A stretch of 64,000 nucleotides of DNA. It comes from Mobula hypostoma (Eukaryota). A model generated the notes under the pieces. That model saw only the letters and a program-made list of their open reading frames with translations, was not told where the DNA came from and did not search any database. The DNA lies in contig NC_086108.1 of assembly GCF_963921235.1 (NCBI RefSeq), positions 38,752,001-38,816,000 of the forward strand, in the 5' to 3' direction. Shown piece after piece: positions 49,331 to 60,827 of the stretch (within the stretch, counting starts at the first letter, position 1; each line of letters begins with the position of its first letter). The translations under genes and the position numbers were made by a program.

Positions 49331-49366
49331 AGGGCCAGCCGCCGCCGATCGCTACGGCGGCTGGCC
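49321..49366 (+). promoter_or_regulatory. -1 programmed ribosomal frameshift cassette (gag/pol)
   Basis: Heptamer A-GGA-AAC in gag phase, 5-nt spacer and a perfect 12-bp stem GGCCAGCCGCCG / CGGCGGCTGGCC. Pol lies in the -1 frame. Confidence 0.8.
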
Positions 49367-49416
49367 ATTAGGACAGCCTCCTATACGTCTGGGTCAAGCA
49401 GTCGGGACGCCACTTT

Positions 49417-52330
49417 TTGGTTGACACCGGAGCGGAGATCAGCGTCTTACCTCCAACGAGTTACGGTACCCGCAACAGAGAACCGGGACCCACCCTGAGG
49501 GCCGCAAATGGCAGCACAATACGAACCTACGGCACCCACACAGTGCGGCTACAGTTCAGCTCCAGCCGGTTCACATGGGACTTCACACTGGCCGCCGTGG
49601 CCCAACCACTCCTGGGGGCGGATTTTCTGCGAGCCCACAGCCTGCTGGTCGACCTGCAAGGGAAGCGATTAGTCCACGCCAAGACTTTTCAAACGTTCTC
49701 CCTGGGTGAAGCGAAGTTGCCAGCCCATCACCTGGACTCCATCACGCTGTCCAACGATGAATTCACCAGGGTCCTGGCGGATCTCCCATCAGTACTGACA
49801 CCGCAGTTCACGGCAGCCATGCCCAGACACGGAGTACAGCACCACATCCCGACCCAGGGACCACCCCTCCACGCTCGTGCTCGAAGGCTTCCCCCCGACA
49901 AGCTCCGACTGGCGAAGGAGGAGTTCAAGAAGATGGAGGAATTGGGGATCATACGACGGTCCGACAGCCCATGGGCCTCCCCTCTGCACGTGGTGCCCAA
50001 GGCAACGGGGGGCTGGAGACCATGCGGTGACTACCGCAGACTGAATGAGGCTACAACGCCAGACCGCTACCCTGTGCCGCACATTCAAGACTTCGCAGCA
50101 AACCTACACGGCGCAAGGATCTTTTCCAAGATAGACCTCGTCCGGGGATACCATCAAATCCCGGTACTTCCAGACGACATCCCCAAAACAGCACTCATCA
50201 CCCCGTTCGGCCTTTTTGAATTCCTCCGAATGCCGTTTGGTCTAAAGCATGCCGCACAGACGTTCCAGCGGCTAATGGATGCGGTGGGACGCGACCTGGA
50301 CTTTGCATTCATCTATTTGGACGACATCCTCATAGCCAGCAGTAGTCGTCAGAAACATCTGTCCCACCTCCGCCAGCTCTACTCCCACCTGAGTGAATTC
50401 GGCCTTACTATCAACCTGGCCAAATGCCAGTTTGGACTCGACACCATCGACTTCCTGGGCCACAGGATTACTAAAGACGGGGCAATCCCTCTGCCCGCCA
50501 AGGTAAACGTGGTCCGCCACTTCCCCCGACCCAACACAATCAAAAGCCTGCAGGAATTCGTGGGTATGGTGAACTTCAACCACCGTTTCCTCCCCTCAGC
50601 AGCCCGAACCATGCACCCCCTGTTCACTCTGATGTCGGGTAAGGGCAAGAACATTACCTGGGACGAAGAGGCTGCAGCCACTTTTGTTAAAACCAAGGAA
50701 ACCTTGGCAAATGCCACGATGCTAGTGCACCCCAGAACAGACGCTCCTACTGCCCTCACGGTGGATGCATCCAACACAGCGGTCGGTGGAGTGCTGGAGC
50801 AGCTCATCGAGGGTCGCTGGCAACCCATGGCGTTCTTCAGCAAACATCTACGACTACCCAAACTCAAATACAGTGCTTTCGACCGGGAGCTATTGGCACT
50901 ATACCTGGCAATCCGGCATTTCAGATACTTCTTAGAAGGTAGGCCCTTCACCGCGTTCACAGACCACAAACCGCTTACCTTTGCGTTCACGAAAGTGTCC
51001 GACCCCTGGTTGTCCCGCCAGCAGCGCCATCTGTCCTACATCTCCAAGTACACAACGGACATCCGGCATGTCTCGGGAAAGGACAACGTCGTGGCGGACG
51101 CACCTTCCAGACGTACCATACAGGCCCTGTCCCAGGGGGTGGACTATGCAGCGCTGGCAGAGGCACAGCAGGCAGACGCTGAGATCCCCAGTTACAGGAC
51201 TGCAGTGTCGGGTTTGTAGCTTCAAGACCTCCCCGTAGACCCAGGTGAGAGGACCCTACTATGTGACGTAGCTACCGGCCAACCCCGCCCCGTCGTCCCA
51301 GTAGCCTGGCGTCGGCAGGTTTTTCGAATCCATTCACAACTTAGTGCACCCCTCCATCAGGACAACCGTCCGCCTGGTCGCCAACAGGTTCGTGTGGCAT
51401 GGACTTCGTAAACATGTCAGTGAATGGGCCAAAACGTGCATGCAGTGCCAAACGGCCAAGGTGCAGCGGCATACCAAGGCTCCGCCGCAGCAGTTCGAAC
51501 CCACCCGCCGGAGGTTCGACCACATTCATGTGGATATCGTGGGGCTCCTGCCAGTGTCACGAGGAGCGTGGTACCTCCTAACTATGATAGACCGGTTCAC
51601 CAGATGGCCAGAGGCAGTCCTGCTCACCGACACCACCTCCGAATCCTGTGCCCGAGCACTGATCACAACCTGGGTAGCCCGCTTCGGGGTACCGGCCCAC
51701 ATTACCTCCGACAGGGGCGCCCAGTTCACCTCCAGCCTGTGGTCGGCTATGGCCAGCCTTTTAGGATCGCAGCTACACCACACAACTGCCTACCACCCAC
51801 AGTCGAACGGAGTAGTGGAGCGTTTCCACCGTCACCTGAAGTTGGCTCTCATGGCCTGCCTGAAAGGGCCTAACTGGGTGGACGAGCTTCCCTGAGTCCT
51901 GCTCGGAATCCGCTCGGCGCCCAAGGAGGATCTGCACACCTCATCGCCCAAGTTGGTGTATGGGGCACCCCTGGTCGTCCCAGGAGAGTTCATAACAGCC
52001 CCAAGGGGGCAAGAGGAAGAACCTGCAGCAGTCCTGGACAGACTACGTGAGAGGCTCGGTAACCTGGCCCCCATACCCACTTCACAGCATGGACAGAGCC
52101 CGACCTGCGTACCCGAAGACCTGCAGAACTGTAATTTTCTTTTTGTACAACGGGGCGGACACCAGGCACCGCTACAGCGCCTACAAGGGGCCATTTAAGG
52201 TGATCAGGAACAACGGGTCCACGTTCGTGCTGGACATTGGCGGGAGAGAGGAGGTTTTCACAGTGGACCGACTCAAACCGGCCCATGTGGACTTGGCACA
52301 GCCGGTCCAGGCTCAGGCACCGCGGCGCAG
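49417..52330 (+). pseudogene. Gypsy pol (PR, RT, RNase H, integrase), disrupted
   Basis: ORF 49417-51219 (600 aa), TAG at 51217, a frameshift near 51320, then integrase ORF 51344-51895 ending in a premature TGA and a YKGPF tail at about 52180. Confidence 0.9.
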
Positions 52331-52412
52331 GGGCAGACCTCCCAAACAGAGGCCGATCCAGACTGTGGACATTGGGGGAGGTATTGCCGGTTCTGGAGGG
52401 GGGGGGACGTTA

Positions 52413-52688
52413 TGTGGCGACCCACTTTCTAGCACACACGAACCGGCGCGCGCCGGCAGAGAGGCCGGCCCCAAAAAGAGCGCCAGGCCGTCTTCACCAG
52501 CAGGGGGAAAATCCCGCGTGCGGAAAGAGTCTGCGATTATGCATTCCCCACAGTAGTCCCGCCCAGGGAGGGCGGGAACGGGAAGGCTTTAAAGCAGGCC
52601 ACGTAGTTTGAATAAATCTCTTTCATCACAGCTCTAACTCACCAACTACGTGTGGTTATTTTAGCGCTGTGTGTAGCACACTGCTACA
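52413..52688 (+). repeat. 3' LTR
   Basis: Direct repeat of 48344-48603, followed by TSD ATGT. Confidence 0.95.
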
Positions 52689-53014
52689 ATGTTACCTTTT
52701 TATCACTCCACAGATGCGTCCTGAACTCCAAAGTACTTACAGGATTTTCTGTTGTTGTTTCATATCTCCAAAATCTGCAGGTTCATTGCTTTTTACCTCC
52801 ACTCTTGTCTGCAGATATAAATGCTAACAGATCTCAGAATTCATTTTTCAACCTGTTCAACAAATTATTTCTATTCTTAGCCACTTTGTTGATCATTTAC
52901 ACCATGAAAACAGTCCTCCATATCAATCCCACCTTCGAGCACTTGGCCAATTGTCTTCTATGCTGAAGTGATTCCAGTTCTAGTCTTGATGCTCCTAAAT
53001 AATATTAATAAGTT

Positions 53015-53370
53015 CTCCCACCACTCTCTCAGACAATGTATTCCAGCTGAAAAAGGTACCCTTCAGATATTTTCTAAATCTGTTACTCTTACACTAAATT
53101 GATGTCCTCTGGTTTCAACTACCTCTGGCATGGGGGAAAGCTTATGCAACCTACCCAATCTATACACCTCATAATTTTATATAGCTCAATCATGTCCCCT
53201 CTTAACCTTCTCCACTCCAGGGAGAACAAACCTAACTTCTCTATAGTCTCTCCTCGAAACTGATAGGCTCGATCCCAGGCAACATCCTAGGAGATCTCCT
53301 TTACACCCTCTCCAGGTCTATCACATGCTACTTATTGTATGGGGATCAGAAGTGCATACAGTATGCCACT
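53015..53370 (-). mobile_element. CR1 LINE 3' fragment
   Basis: The reverse strand resembles ERV.RR..RMLPG...LRGDMIELYKIMR. Confidence 0.65.
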
Positions 53371-53849
53371 GAGGTGGCTGATTTTTGTGTTTGGTCAGTC
53401 TGTGAAACTATGTGCCTTATTTCCCATTGATGAACAACAGAAATGTGGCCCAGAGTTAGAATCAGAATCAGGTTTATTATCACTGGCATGTGACGTGAAA
53501 TTTGTTAACTTAGCAGCAGCAGTTCAATGCAATACATAAGCTAGCAGAGAAAAAAATAATAAATTTAGCTGTAACAGGCAGAAACGGGAATATTTAATCG
53601 TATCCATTGAGAGAACTGCTGCTACTCGAGTTGCGCATAGGCGCCCCGGAAATGTTCGTGCATTATTGCATTTCCTCATTTCCTGGCCATATTTGAAGTC
53701 AGCCAGAAAAGTCACTCCTCTTATTACCAGTACCCATTCTTCCTTTCTCTACATGACCCACATCAATTGATCTATTGTTTTCGAAGACTGGTGAAGTGTG
53801 GAACAAGTTCTCTCCTCAGCAGCCTAGTTTTCCAGTGAAATTATTAATA

Positions 53850-55114
53850 CAGTGGATTCTGGTTAATTGGGATACATCAGGACCCATACATATTGGCTTA
53901 ATTAAGTGGCTGACCTAATTAGCTGAAGTTTCGGGATAATAGTTAAAAAGGTATAAAAAAGACAAACTGCCATTTAACTGAGTAACAAATTACATATTTG
54001 AATGAAGTACAGAACAAATTAGAAGACTACCAATACTATTGCAATACTATAAAATTGTATATTAGTTCCTAATAGTTGACGATGGAGGAATTCATCAAGT
54101 GTACACTGCCTTGTTCTTTTGATTGACTGTAAATGAAGAAAATCTGTGCAGATAATGAACAGTCTTCATCGAACGCTGTCGACAGTTGCGTCTTCCAAAT
54201 CTTCATTTTCATTGTAACATTCAAGATGATTATCAATACTTTAAAATTATTTGTAGTTTCTAACTTGTTGAAGTAGTGAAATCATTTCACTTTCTTGGCC
54301 ATTTCTGGCATCCCCAAGCCTGATTGCTTGAAACCGCAGTGAGTGAGCTAAACAGTTCCGAATTGTCTTGCTGTGTATTTCTCAGCAACTATCAGTGACA
54401 AAAATCATTGCTCCTTAATCACAAATGAATGCAACTGTTGCTATTTAAAAACTGCTTGCTGTAGGCATGATGTAGTGTTGCATGAGTGCATGCATCTGAT
54501 GCTAGTTAGAAACCCTTTGGCAACAGCCTCCTGCCCCAATTAAACAGAATAGTGTCCTAAATAAATAAAGGGAATCTTGACTATTTTCTCAATTAGTTTT
54601 TGTTCCTTAAGAGTTTTTTTTATTTCAAAATATACTTTATTCAAAAATGAATATATACAATAAACCATTCAATAACTTTCCATCATTTACATACGTTTCC
54701 ATTATAGTCAGTACATATCCGTATTTATAGTCACCCATGTGGCACTCCAGTAGTTCAGCTTACCATATCATTGTTGAGGGGCATACTCCCCGCCCCCCCG
54801 ACCCCTCCCACTCCCACGGGTGGAGAAACCTATACTGTGGTCTTTCCCCACCGGGCCCTTGCTGTGGCTGCACCGAGTTTCAGTGCGTCCCTCAGCACGT
54901 ACTCCTGCAGCCGAGAATGTGCCAGTCGGCAGCATTCTCCCACGGACATCTCCATGTGCTGGTAGATCATCAAGTTTTGGGCCGACCAAAGAGCGTCTTT
55001 CACCGAGTTGATGATCTGCCAGCAGCACCAGATGTTGGTTTTTGTTCTTTAAGAGTTGTCCCAAGTAAGTGGCTGCCCCAATTAACTGATAGCCCAATGA
55101 ACAGGAATCCGTTA
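53850..55114. mobile_element. Non-autonomous TcMar-Tigger-like DNA transposon, interrupted by a Tx1-like LINE
   Basis: TA|CAGTGGATTCTGGTTAATTGGG left end and imperfect inverted CCCAATGAACAGGAATCC right end. Subterminal AAGTGGCTG..CC.AATTA repeats. Confidence 0.7.
54614..55037 (-). mobile_element. 5'-truncated Tx1/L1-clade LINE with poly(A) and TSD
   Basis: Minus strand encodes CWQIINSVKDALWSAQN...RLQEYVLRDALKLG...WG* then AATAAA and poly(A). Flanked by 18-bp direct repeats GTTTTTGTTC(C/T)TTAAGAG (54596-54613 and 55038-55055). Confidence 0.8.
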
Positions 55115-55487
55115 TCTTAACATGTTGATTATGCAAAACCTTTTCAACAGTTAACACTTCAAAAGGCCTGCTAATGTGCCATTGGTTATCTGGGGCCGGG
55201 GGGAGGGGGGGGGTGGAATGTGCAGAACACAAAATGTGGCTTGGACTAAACTGATCCTTAAATTGCTGGAGTGCTTTCATCTCTTCTATCAACAAGAAGT
55301 CCAGAATACAATCATTTAAAGAGTCGGTAATTTCTCAGCCATCTGTCAGTTCGGGTATAATGCTAGGTATTATCTTGAGTGACATATGCAGAGTGACGGG
55401 TGTATCGAAAGCCAGAAAGCCAGAGGGGAGTAACTAGACTCAAAGCGTGGCAGAATCAAGTTACGTTTGTAGATATTGCAGCTGTAA

Positions 55488-55657
55488 CTTACATCTGTTT
55501 AATAACATAAATCATCATATAGTGAATTATTAACAGAATATACTGCAATATACTACAATGTTCATATTTCTTCACATCTGTTTAATATTATATTCCAGTA
55601 GTAAAATATTAGCAGATTTTATTGCAATATACTACAATGTTCATATTTCTCATATCT
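55488..55657. repeat. Degenerate tandem duplication (two AT-rich units of about 80 bp)
   Basis: ACATCTGTTTAATA and TGCAATATACTACAATGTTCATATTTCT each occur twice. Confidence 0.7.
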
Positions 55658-56565
55658 TCCTTATATTTTAGATTGTAAAAGGATTTTTTTCTAAAAGATT
55701 ATCCATATACTATAAATAAATTATTCATCCTCCAACAATGACTATATGACAAAACTACTTTCCTAGCTGTAATATTCTGTAAAGAATTTAATGTTGTTAT
55801 ATAAATCTGGGTTATTTGGTGAATATCACAGTTGTCAAGCTTTTGGCAAAATATAATGAGGCAATGTTCAGCAACTGGGTTATTCTATTTTGTTAAAATA
55901 CTTTCAGTACATGGCGCTAATTTTCCACTCTACAACTCCATTGGAATCTTGTATTTAAAATTTTGGTCGTAATTCACACAGTGCCATTTTCTATTTTGAA
56001 TTGTGAATGTTTGAAAGTATATTTAAGAATATATACCAAAATATGCATTACAATTATTTCGTAATTTTAGTAATCAATTTAATTCAAGAAGAAACCTTAT
56101 ACCTCATTCTGTATTCACTGCAATCCACCATTAAACAAATACAAAACTTCTAAATCTGTATGCTTAGTAAGTAATTGTGGAAAGGTTACGAGTGATTACC
56201 CATAGTTGATTAACTGAAGACATTTTAACAACTGAGGTACAGGTTCAAATGGTAGAAGTTCGATTTGGAATCAGAATTAGAATCAGGTTTATTATCACAG
56301 ACATGTCATGAAATTTGTTGTAAAGAATGCAAAAGACCAATGATTAGGAATAATATCACAAAATAGGTCTTCAAAGCCAGCTTCATTTTAACAGTAAGTA
56401 TCAGGTTAGGCAAAATATGAGGTAATCATTTAAGCAATTACATTGGTCAAATGTTAAGATGTCCAAGTGTGGCATGATTATTCTTTTTTTTGTAATTTGC
56501 AGAAACAACTGCAAATCTGTGGGTTAATAATTGAACTTCAAAATTCCGATAAGTTATGAATCTCA

Positions 56566-58542
56566 AACAAGGGGCCATGAGAAGGCCTTGGTGGACAGGA
56601 TTAAGGAAAACTCCAAGGCATTCTACAAGTACGTAAAGAGCAAGAGGATAAGACGTGAGAGAATAGGACCATTCAAGTGTGACAGTGGAAAAGTGTGTAC
56701 GAAACCAGAGGAGATAGCAGAGGAACTTAATGAATACTTTGCTTCAGTATTCACTACGGAAAAGGATCTTGGCGATTGTAGAGATGACTTGCAGCGGACT
56801 GAAAAGCTTGAGCATGTAGATATTAAGGAAGAGGATGAGCTGGAGCTTCTGGAAAGCATCAAGTTTGATAAGTCATTGGGACTGAACGGGATGTACCTCA
56901 GGCTACTGTAGGAAGCGAGGGAGGAGATTGCTAAGCCTCTGGTGATGATCTTTGCATCATCAATGAGGACAGGAGAGGTTCCGGAGGATTGGAGGGTTGC
57001 AGATGTTGTTTCCTTATTCAAGAAAGGGAGTAGAGGTAGCCCAGGAAATTATAGACCAATGAGTCTTTCTTCAGTGTTGGTAAACTGATGGAGAAGATCC
57101 TGAAAGGCAGAATTTATGAACATTTGGAGAGGCATAATATGATTAGGAATAGTCATCATGGCTTTGTCAAAGGCAGGTCGTGCCTTACGAGCCTGATTGA
57201 ATTTTTTGAGAATGTGACTAAACACATTGATGAAGGTAGAGCTGTAGATGTAGTCATATATGGATTTTAGCAAGCCATTTGATAAGGTACCCTATACAAG
57301 GCTTATTGAGAAAGTAGGGAGGCATGGGATCCAAGGGGACATTGCTTTGTGGATCCAGAACTGGCTTGCCCACAGAAGACAAAAAGTGGTGGTATATGGG
57401 TTATATCCTGCATGGAGGCCGGTGACCAGTGGTGTGCCTGAGGGATCTGTTCTGGGACCCCTACTCTTTGTGATTTTTAAAAATGACCTGGATGAACATA
57501 GAACATAGAATAGTACAGCACAGTACAGGCCCTTCGGCCCACAAATTTGTGCTGACCCTTAAACTCTGCCTCCCATATAACACCCCTCCCCCCACCTTAA
57601 ATTCCTCCATGAGAAAGTGGAGGGATGGGTTAGTAAATTTGATGATGACACAAATGTTGCGGGAGTTGTGGATAGTGTAGAGGGCTGTCAGAGGTTATAT
57701 CGGGACATTGATAGGATGCAATACTGGGCTGAGAAGTGGCAGATGGAGTTCAACCCAGATAAGTGTGAGCTGGTTCATTTTGGTAAGTTAAATATGATGG
57801 CAGAATATAGCATTAATGGCAAGACTCTTGGCAATGTGGAAGATCAGAAAGACCTTGCAGTCCGAGTCCATAGGACACTCAAAGCTGCTGTGCAGGTTGA
57901 CTCTGTGGTTAAGAAGGCATACAGTGCCTTGACCTTCATCAACCATGGGATTGAGTTTAAGAGCCGAGAGGTAATGTTGCAGCTATATCCGACCTGGTCA
58001 GACCCCACTTGGAGTACTATGCTCAATTCTGGTCTCTCACTACAGGAAGGATGTGGAAACCATAGAAAGGGTGCAAAGGAGATTTACAACGATGTTGCCT
58101 GGTTTGGGGAGCATGCCTTATGAGAATAGGTTGAGTGGACTTGGCCTTTTCTCCTTGAAACAACAGAGGATGAGAGGTGACCTGATAGAGGTGTACAAGA
58201 TAATGCCAGGCATTGATCATATAGATAGTCAGAGGCTTTTTCCCAGGGCTGAAATGGCTGGCACAAGAGGGCATAGTTTTAAGGTGCTTTGAAGTAGGTA
58301 CAGAAGAGATGTCAGGGATAAGTTTTTTATGCTGAGAGTGGTCAGTGCGTTGAATGGGCTTCCGGCGGTGGCGGTGGAGGCGGAAATGATAGGGTCTTTT
58401 AAGAGAATCCTGATAGGTACACGGAGCTTAGAAAAATGGAGGGCTATGGATAGGCCTCAGTAGTTCTAAGGTAAGGACATGTTCGGCACAGCCGTATGTG
58501 CTGAAGGGCCTGTATTGTGCTGTATGTTTTCTATGTTTCTAT
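56566..58542 (+). mobile_element. CR1 LINE ORF2 (RT) through 3' end
   Basis: [57 protein letters not shown] and WQMEFN motifs, with a (TTTCTATG)n tail. Contains a short antisense CR1-tail insert at 57496-57608. Confidence 0.92.
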
Positions 58543-58689
58543 CTTGTATCTGATACCAATATTATATCTTTTTCCATTGTGGTGGGGAAATCAAAATCAT
58601 CCTATTTCCGGTGATGATAGATTAGTTTGGCATTAAAGCCTACCTTCTGAACTCTTCATTTGGACAATTCATGCCAAATTCTCAAATAA

Positions 58690-59790
58690 TGATTGAAGAA
58701 GAAATAGTGAGGCATCTGGAAAGAAATGGATCCATCATGCAGACTTAACGTGGATTCAGCAGGTCCTGTTTGACAAAGTTACTAGAGTTCTTTAGTGGAT
58801 AGAGTGTAACAGATGCATGTTATTTACTTGGATTTCCAGAAGGTGTTCGATGAGGTGTCACATAAAAGGCTTATCCATGAGATAAGGATGCATAGAGTTG
58901 GTGGTGCTGTATTAGCATGGATAGAGGATTGGTTAACCATAGAAAGCAAAGAGTTGGGATACATGGGTGTTTCTCCGGTTGGCATTCAGTGGTGAGTGGT
59001 GTGCCGCAGGGATCGGGGCTGGGCCCGCAACTGTTCACAATATACATTAACAATCTGGAAGAGTGGACCGAGTGACACTTTTCCGATGGAAAAGCAAATT
59101 GTGCAGAGGATACAGAGAGTCTGCAGAGATATATAGATAGGCTAAGTCAGTGGGCAAGGATCTGGCAGATGGAGTACAATGTTGTTCATCCACTCTGGAA
59201 GGAAAATAGAAGATCAGATTATTATTTAATTGGTAAAAAAATTGCAGCATGCTGCTGTGCAGAAGGACTTGGGAGTGCTTACGCATGAATCACAAAAGTT
59301 GATTTGCAGGTGCAGCAGGCTACCAAGAAGGCAAATGGACTGTTGGCCTTCATTGCTAAAGGGGTTGAACTTAACAGCAGGGAGGTTATGCTGCAATTGC
59401 AGAGAGTACTAATGAGGCTGCGCCTGGAGTACTGCACGCTGTTCTGGTCTCCTTACTTGAGAAAGGATATACTGGCTTGGAGGTGGTGCAGAGGAGGTTC
59501 ACCAGGTTGATTCCAGAGATGAGGGGGTTAGACTGTGAGGAGAGATTGAGCCACCTGGGACTGTATTTGCTGGAATTCAGAAGGATAAGAGGAGATCTTA
59601 TAGAAACATATAAAGTTATGAAAGGGATAGATAAGATAGAGGCAGAAAAGTTGTTTCCTCTGGTAGGTGAGACTAGAACTAGGGGACATAGCCTCAAGCT
59701 TTAGGGGAGTAAATTTAGGACAGAATGAAGAGGAACTGCTTTTCTCAAAAAGTGATGAATCTGTGGAATTCTCTGCCCAATGAAACAGTG
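58690..59790 (+). mobile_element. Degenerate CR1 LINE RT fragment
   Basis: YLDFQKVFDEVSHKRL, GVPQGSGLGPQLF, LEYCTLFWSPYLRKD and RGHSLKL motifs. Confidence 0.85.
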
Positions 59791-60385
59791 GAGTATACTG
59801 ACTGGCTGCATTACAGCCTGGTATGAGAACACCAATTCCCTTGAACGGAAAATCCCACAAGAAGTGCTGGATACGGCTCAGTCCATCAAGGTTAAAGCCT
59901 TCCCCGCAACTGGGCCCATCCACACGGAACGTTATCGCAGAAAAGCAGCATCAAGCGTACCCAGCACCCAATTCCTCTTCCCGCTGCTGCCACCTGGAAG
60001 AAGGCACAGGAGCCTCAGTACTCACACCAACAGGTTCAATAACAGTTATCACCCCTCAACCACCAGGCTCCTGAACCAAAGGGGAAAACTTCCCTCAACT
60101 TCACTTCCCTATCATTAAAATATTCCGACAACCTATGGTAAGGATTCACTTTCAAGGACGCTTCATCACACGTTCTCGATATCTGTGGCTTATTTATCTT
60201 TTATTTCTCTTTCTTTTTGTATTTGCAGTTCGTTGTCTTGCACACTGGTTTTTCGCCCTGTTGGTGTGGTCTTTCATTGATTCTATTATGGTTATTGGAT
60301 TTATTGAGTATGTCCGCAAGAAAATTAATCTCAGGGTTTTATATGGAGACATATATGTACTTTGATAGTAAACTTACTTTGAACT
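59791..60385 (+). mobile_element. Rex/Babar-like LINE 3' end
   Basis: SILTGCITAWY...LPPGRRHRSL...RFNNSY motifs and a 3' UTR ending in an ACTTTGAACTT tail. Confidence 0.8.
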
Positions 60386-60399
60386 TGGTACAAATTACA

Positions 60400-60748
60400 C
60401 CATACGTAGATCGTTTTGATTTCCCGTCGAATTGATACTGTGCTGTGGAGAAATAAGGAAACCTCTCCGTGCTCTATTCTTACACGGGAATATGAAAAGA
60501 CAGCGCTGGTCGGAGCAAACTCCAATCCGATTATCATTCAGATCTGTAGCGGGTTTGGAGAGTTGCCCGACTGAACTGGAAGAAGGTGGTGACTGCCGCC
60601 TCTGGGGTGAGAGCCCCACAACACTTGGCCCCTGAAAGAGCCGCGCGAGATGTCACTTGGCAAGTTGCGGCGTCCGCAGGTGAAGGAAGTGCCGGGCACA
60701 GAACGAAAACCTCGCTGATCGATCAGAGCTGCAGGATGATTTTAAATC
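60400..60748 (+). promoter_or_regulatory. CpG-enriched putative promoter / 5' UTR of the CRB1-like exon
   Basis: Non-repetitive, CpG-retaining sequence directly upstream of the ATG. CpG enrichment continues to about 61800. Confidence 0.45.
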
Positions 60749-60827
60749 ATGGCTTTGTGTAAAACCTCAAGAGTGGCCGCAGAGCCATCCTTTTCCCTGC
60801 GCCTGTTGCTTTTCATCGTCACTCAGA
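60749..60827 (+). CDS. CRB1: Probable CRB1 (crumbs homolog 1) first coding exon, signal-peptide-like: MALCKTSRVAAEPSFSLRLLLFIVTQ
   Basis: Strong Kozak context (ATCATGG), 79-nt phase-1 exon ending at a consensus GTAAGT donor, hydrophobic core and CpG-rich unique surroundings. It is divergent from ZBTB41 as in known vertebrate synteny. No EGF exons fall in the window, so identity rests on synteny and exon architecture. Confidence 0.6.

Larger units (their letters stand above)
48344..52688 (+). mobile_element. Full-length Ty3/Gypsy LTR retrotransposon (mildly degenerate)
   Basis: LTRs 48344-48603 and 52413-52688, TSD ATGT on both sides, PBS TGGTAACCCCGA (tRNA-Trp-like) at 48606-48617 and G-rich PPT at about 52395-52407. 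Gag (AVSLKLPSFW...WF.QAEAQF), pol with VDTGA, YLDD and TDHKPL, and integrase HIHVDIVG...SDRG...ERFHR. Confidence 0.96.

Noticed and set aside
48781..52194. Multiple antisense ORFs within the Gypsy element
   Set aside because: Shadow frames of GC-rich gag/pol with no independent coding signal.
53570..53740. Short CpG-containing segment abutting a LINE tail
   Set aside because: No boundaries, ORF or structure could be assigned from the sequence alone.
55488..55657. Repeat-spacer-like pattern (CRISPR-like)
   Set aside because: Only two degenerate units whose intervening sequence is also similar. It is an ordinary tandem duplication in eukaryotic DNA with no cas genes.
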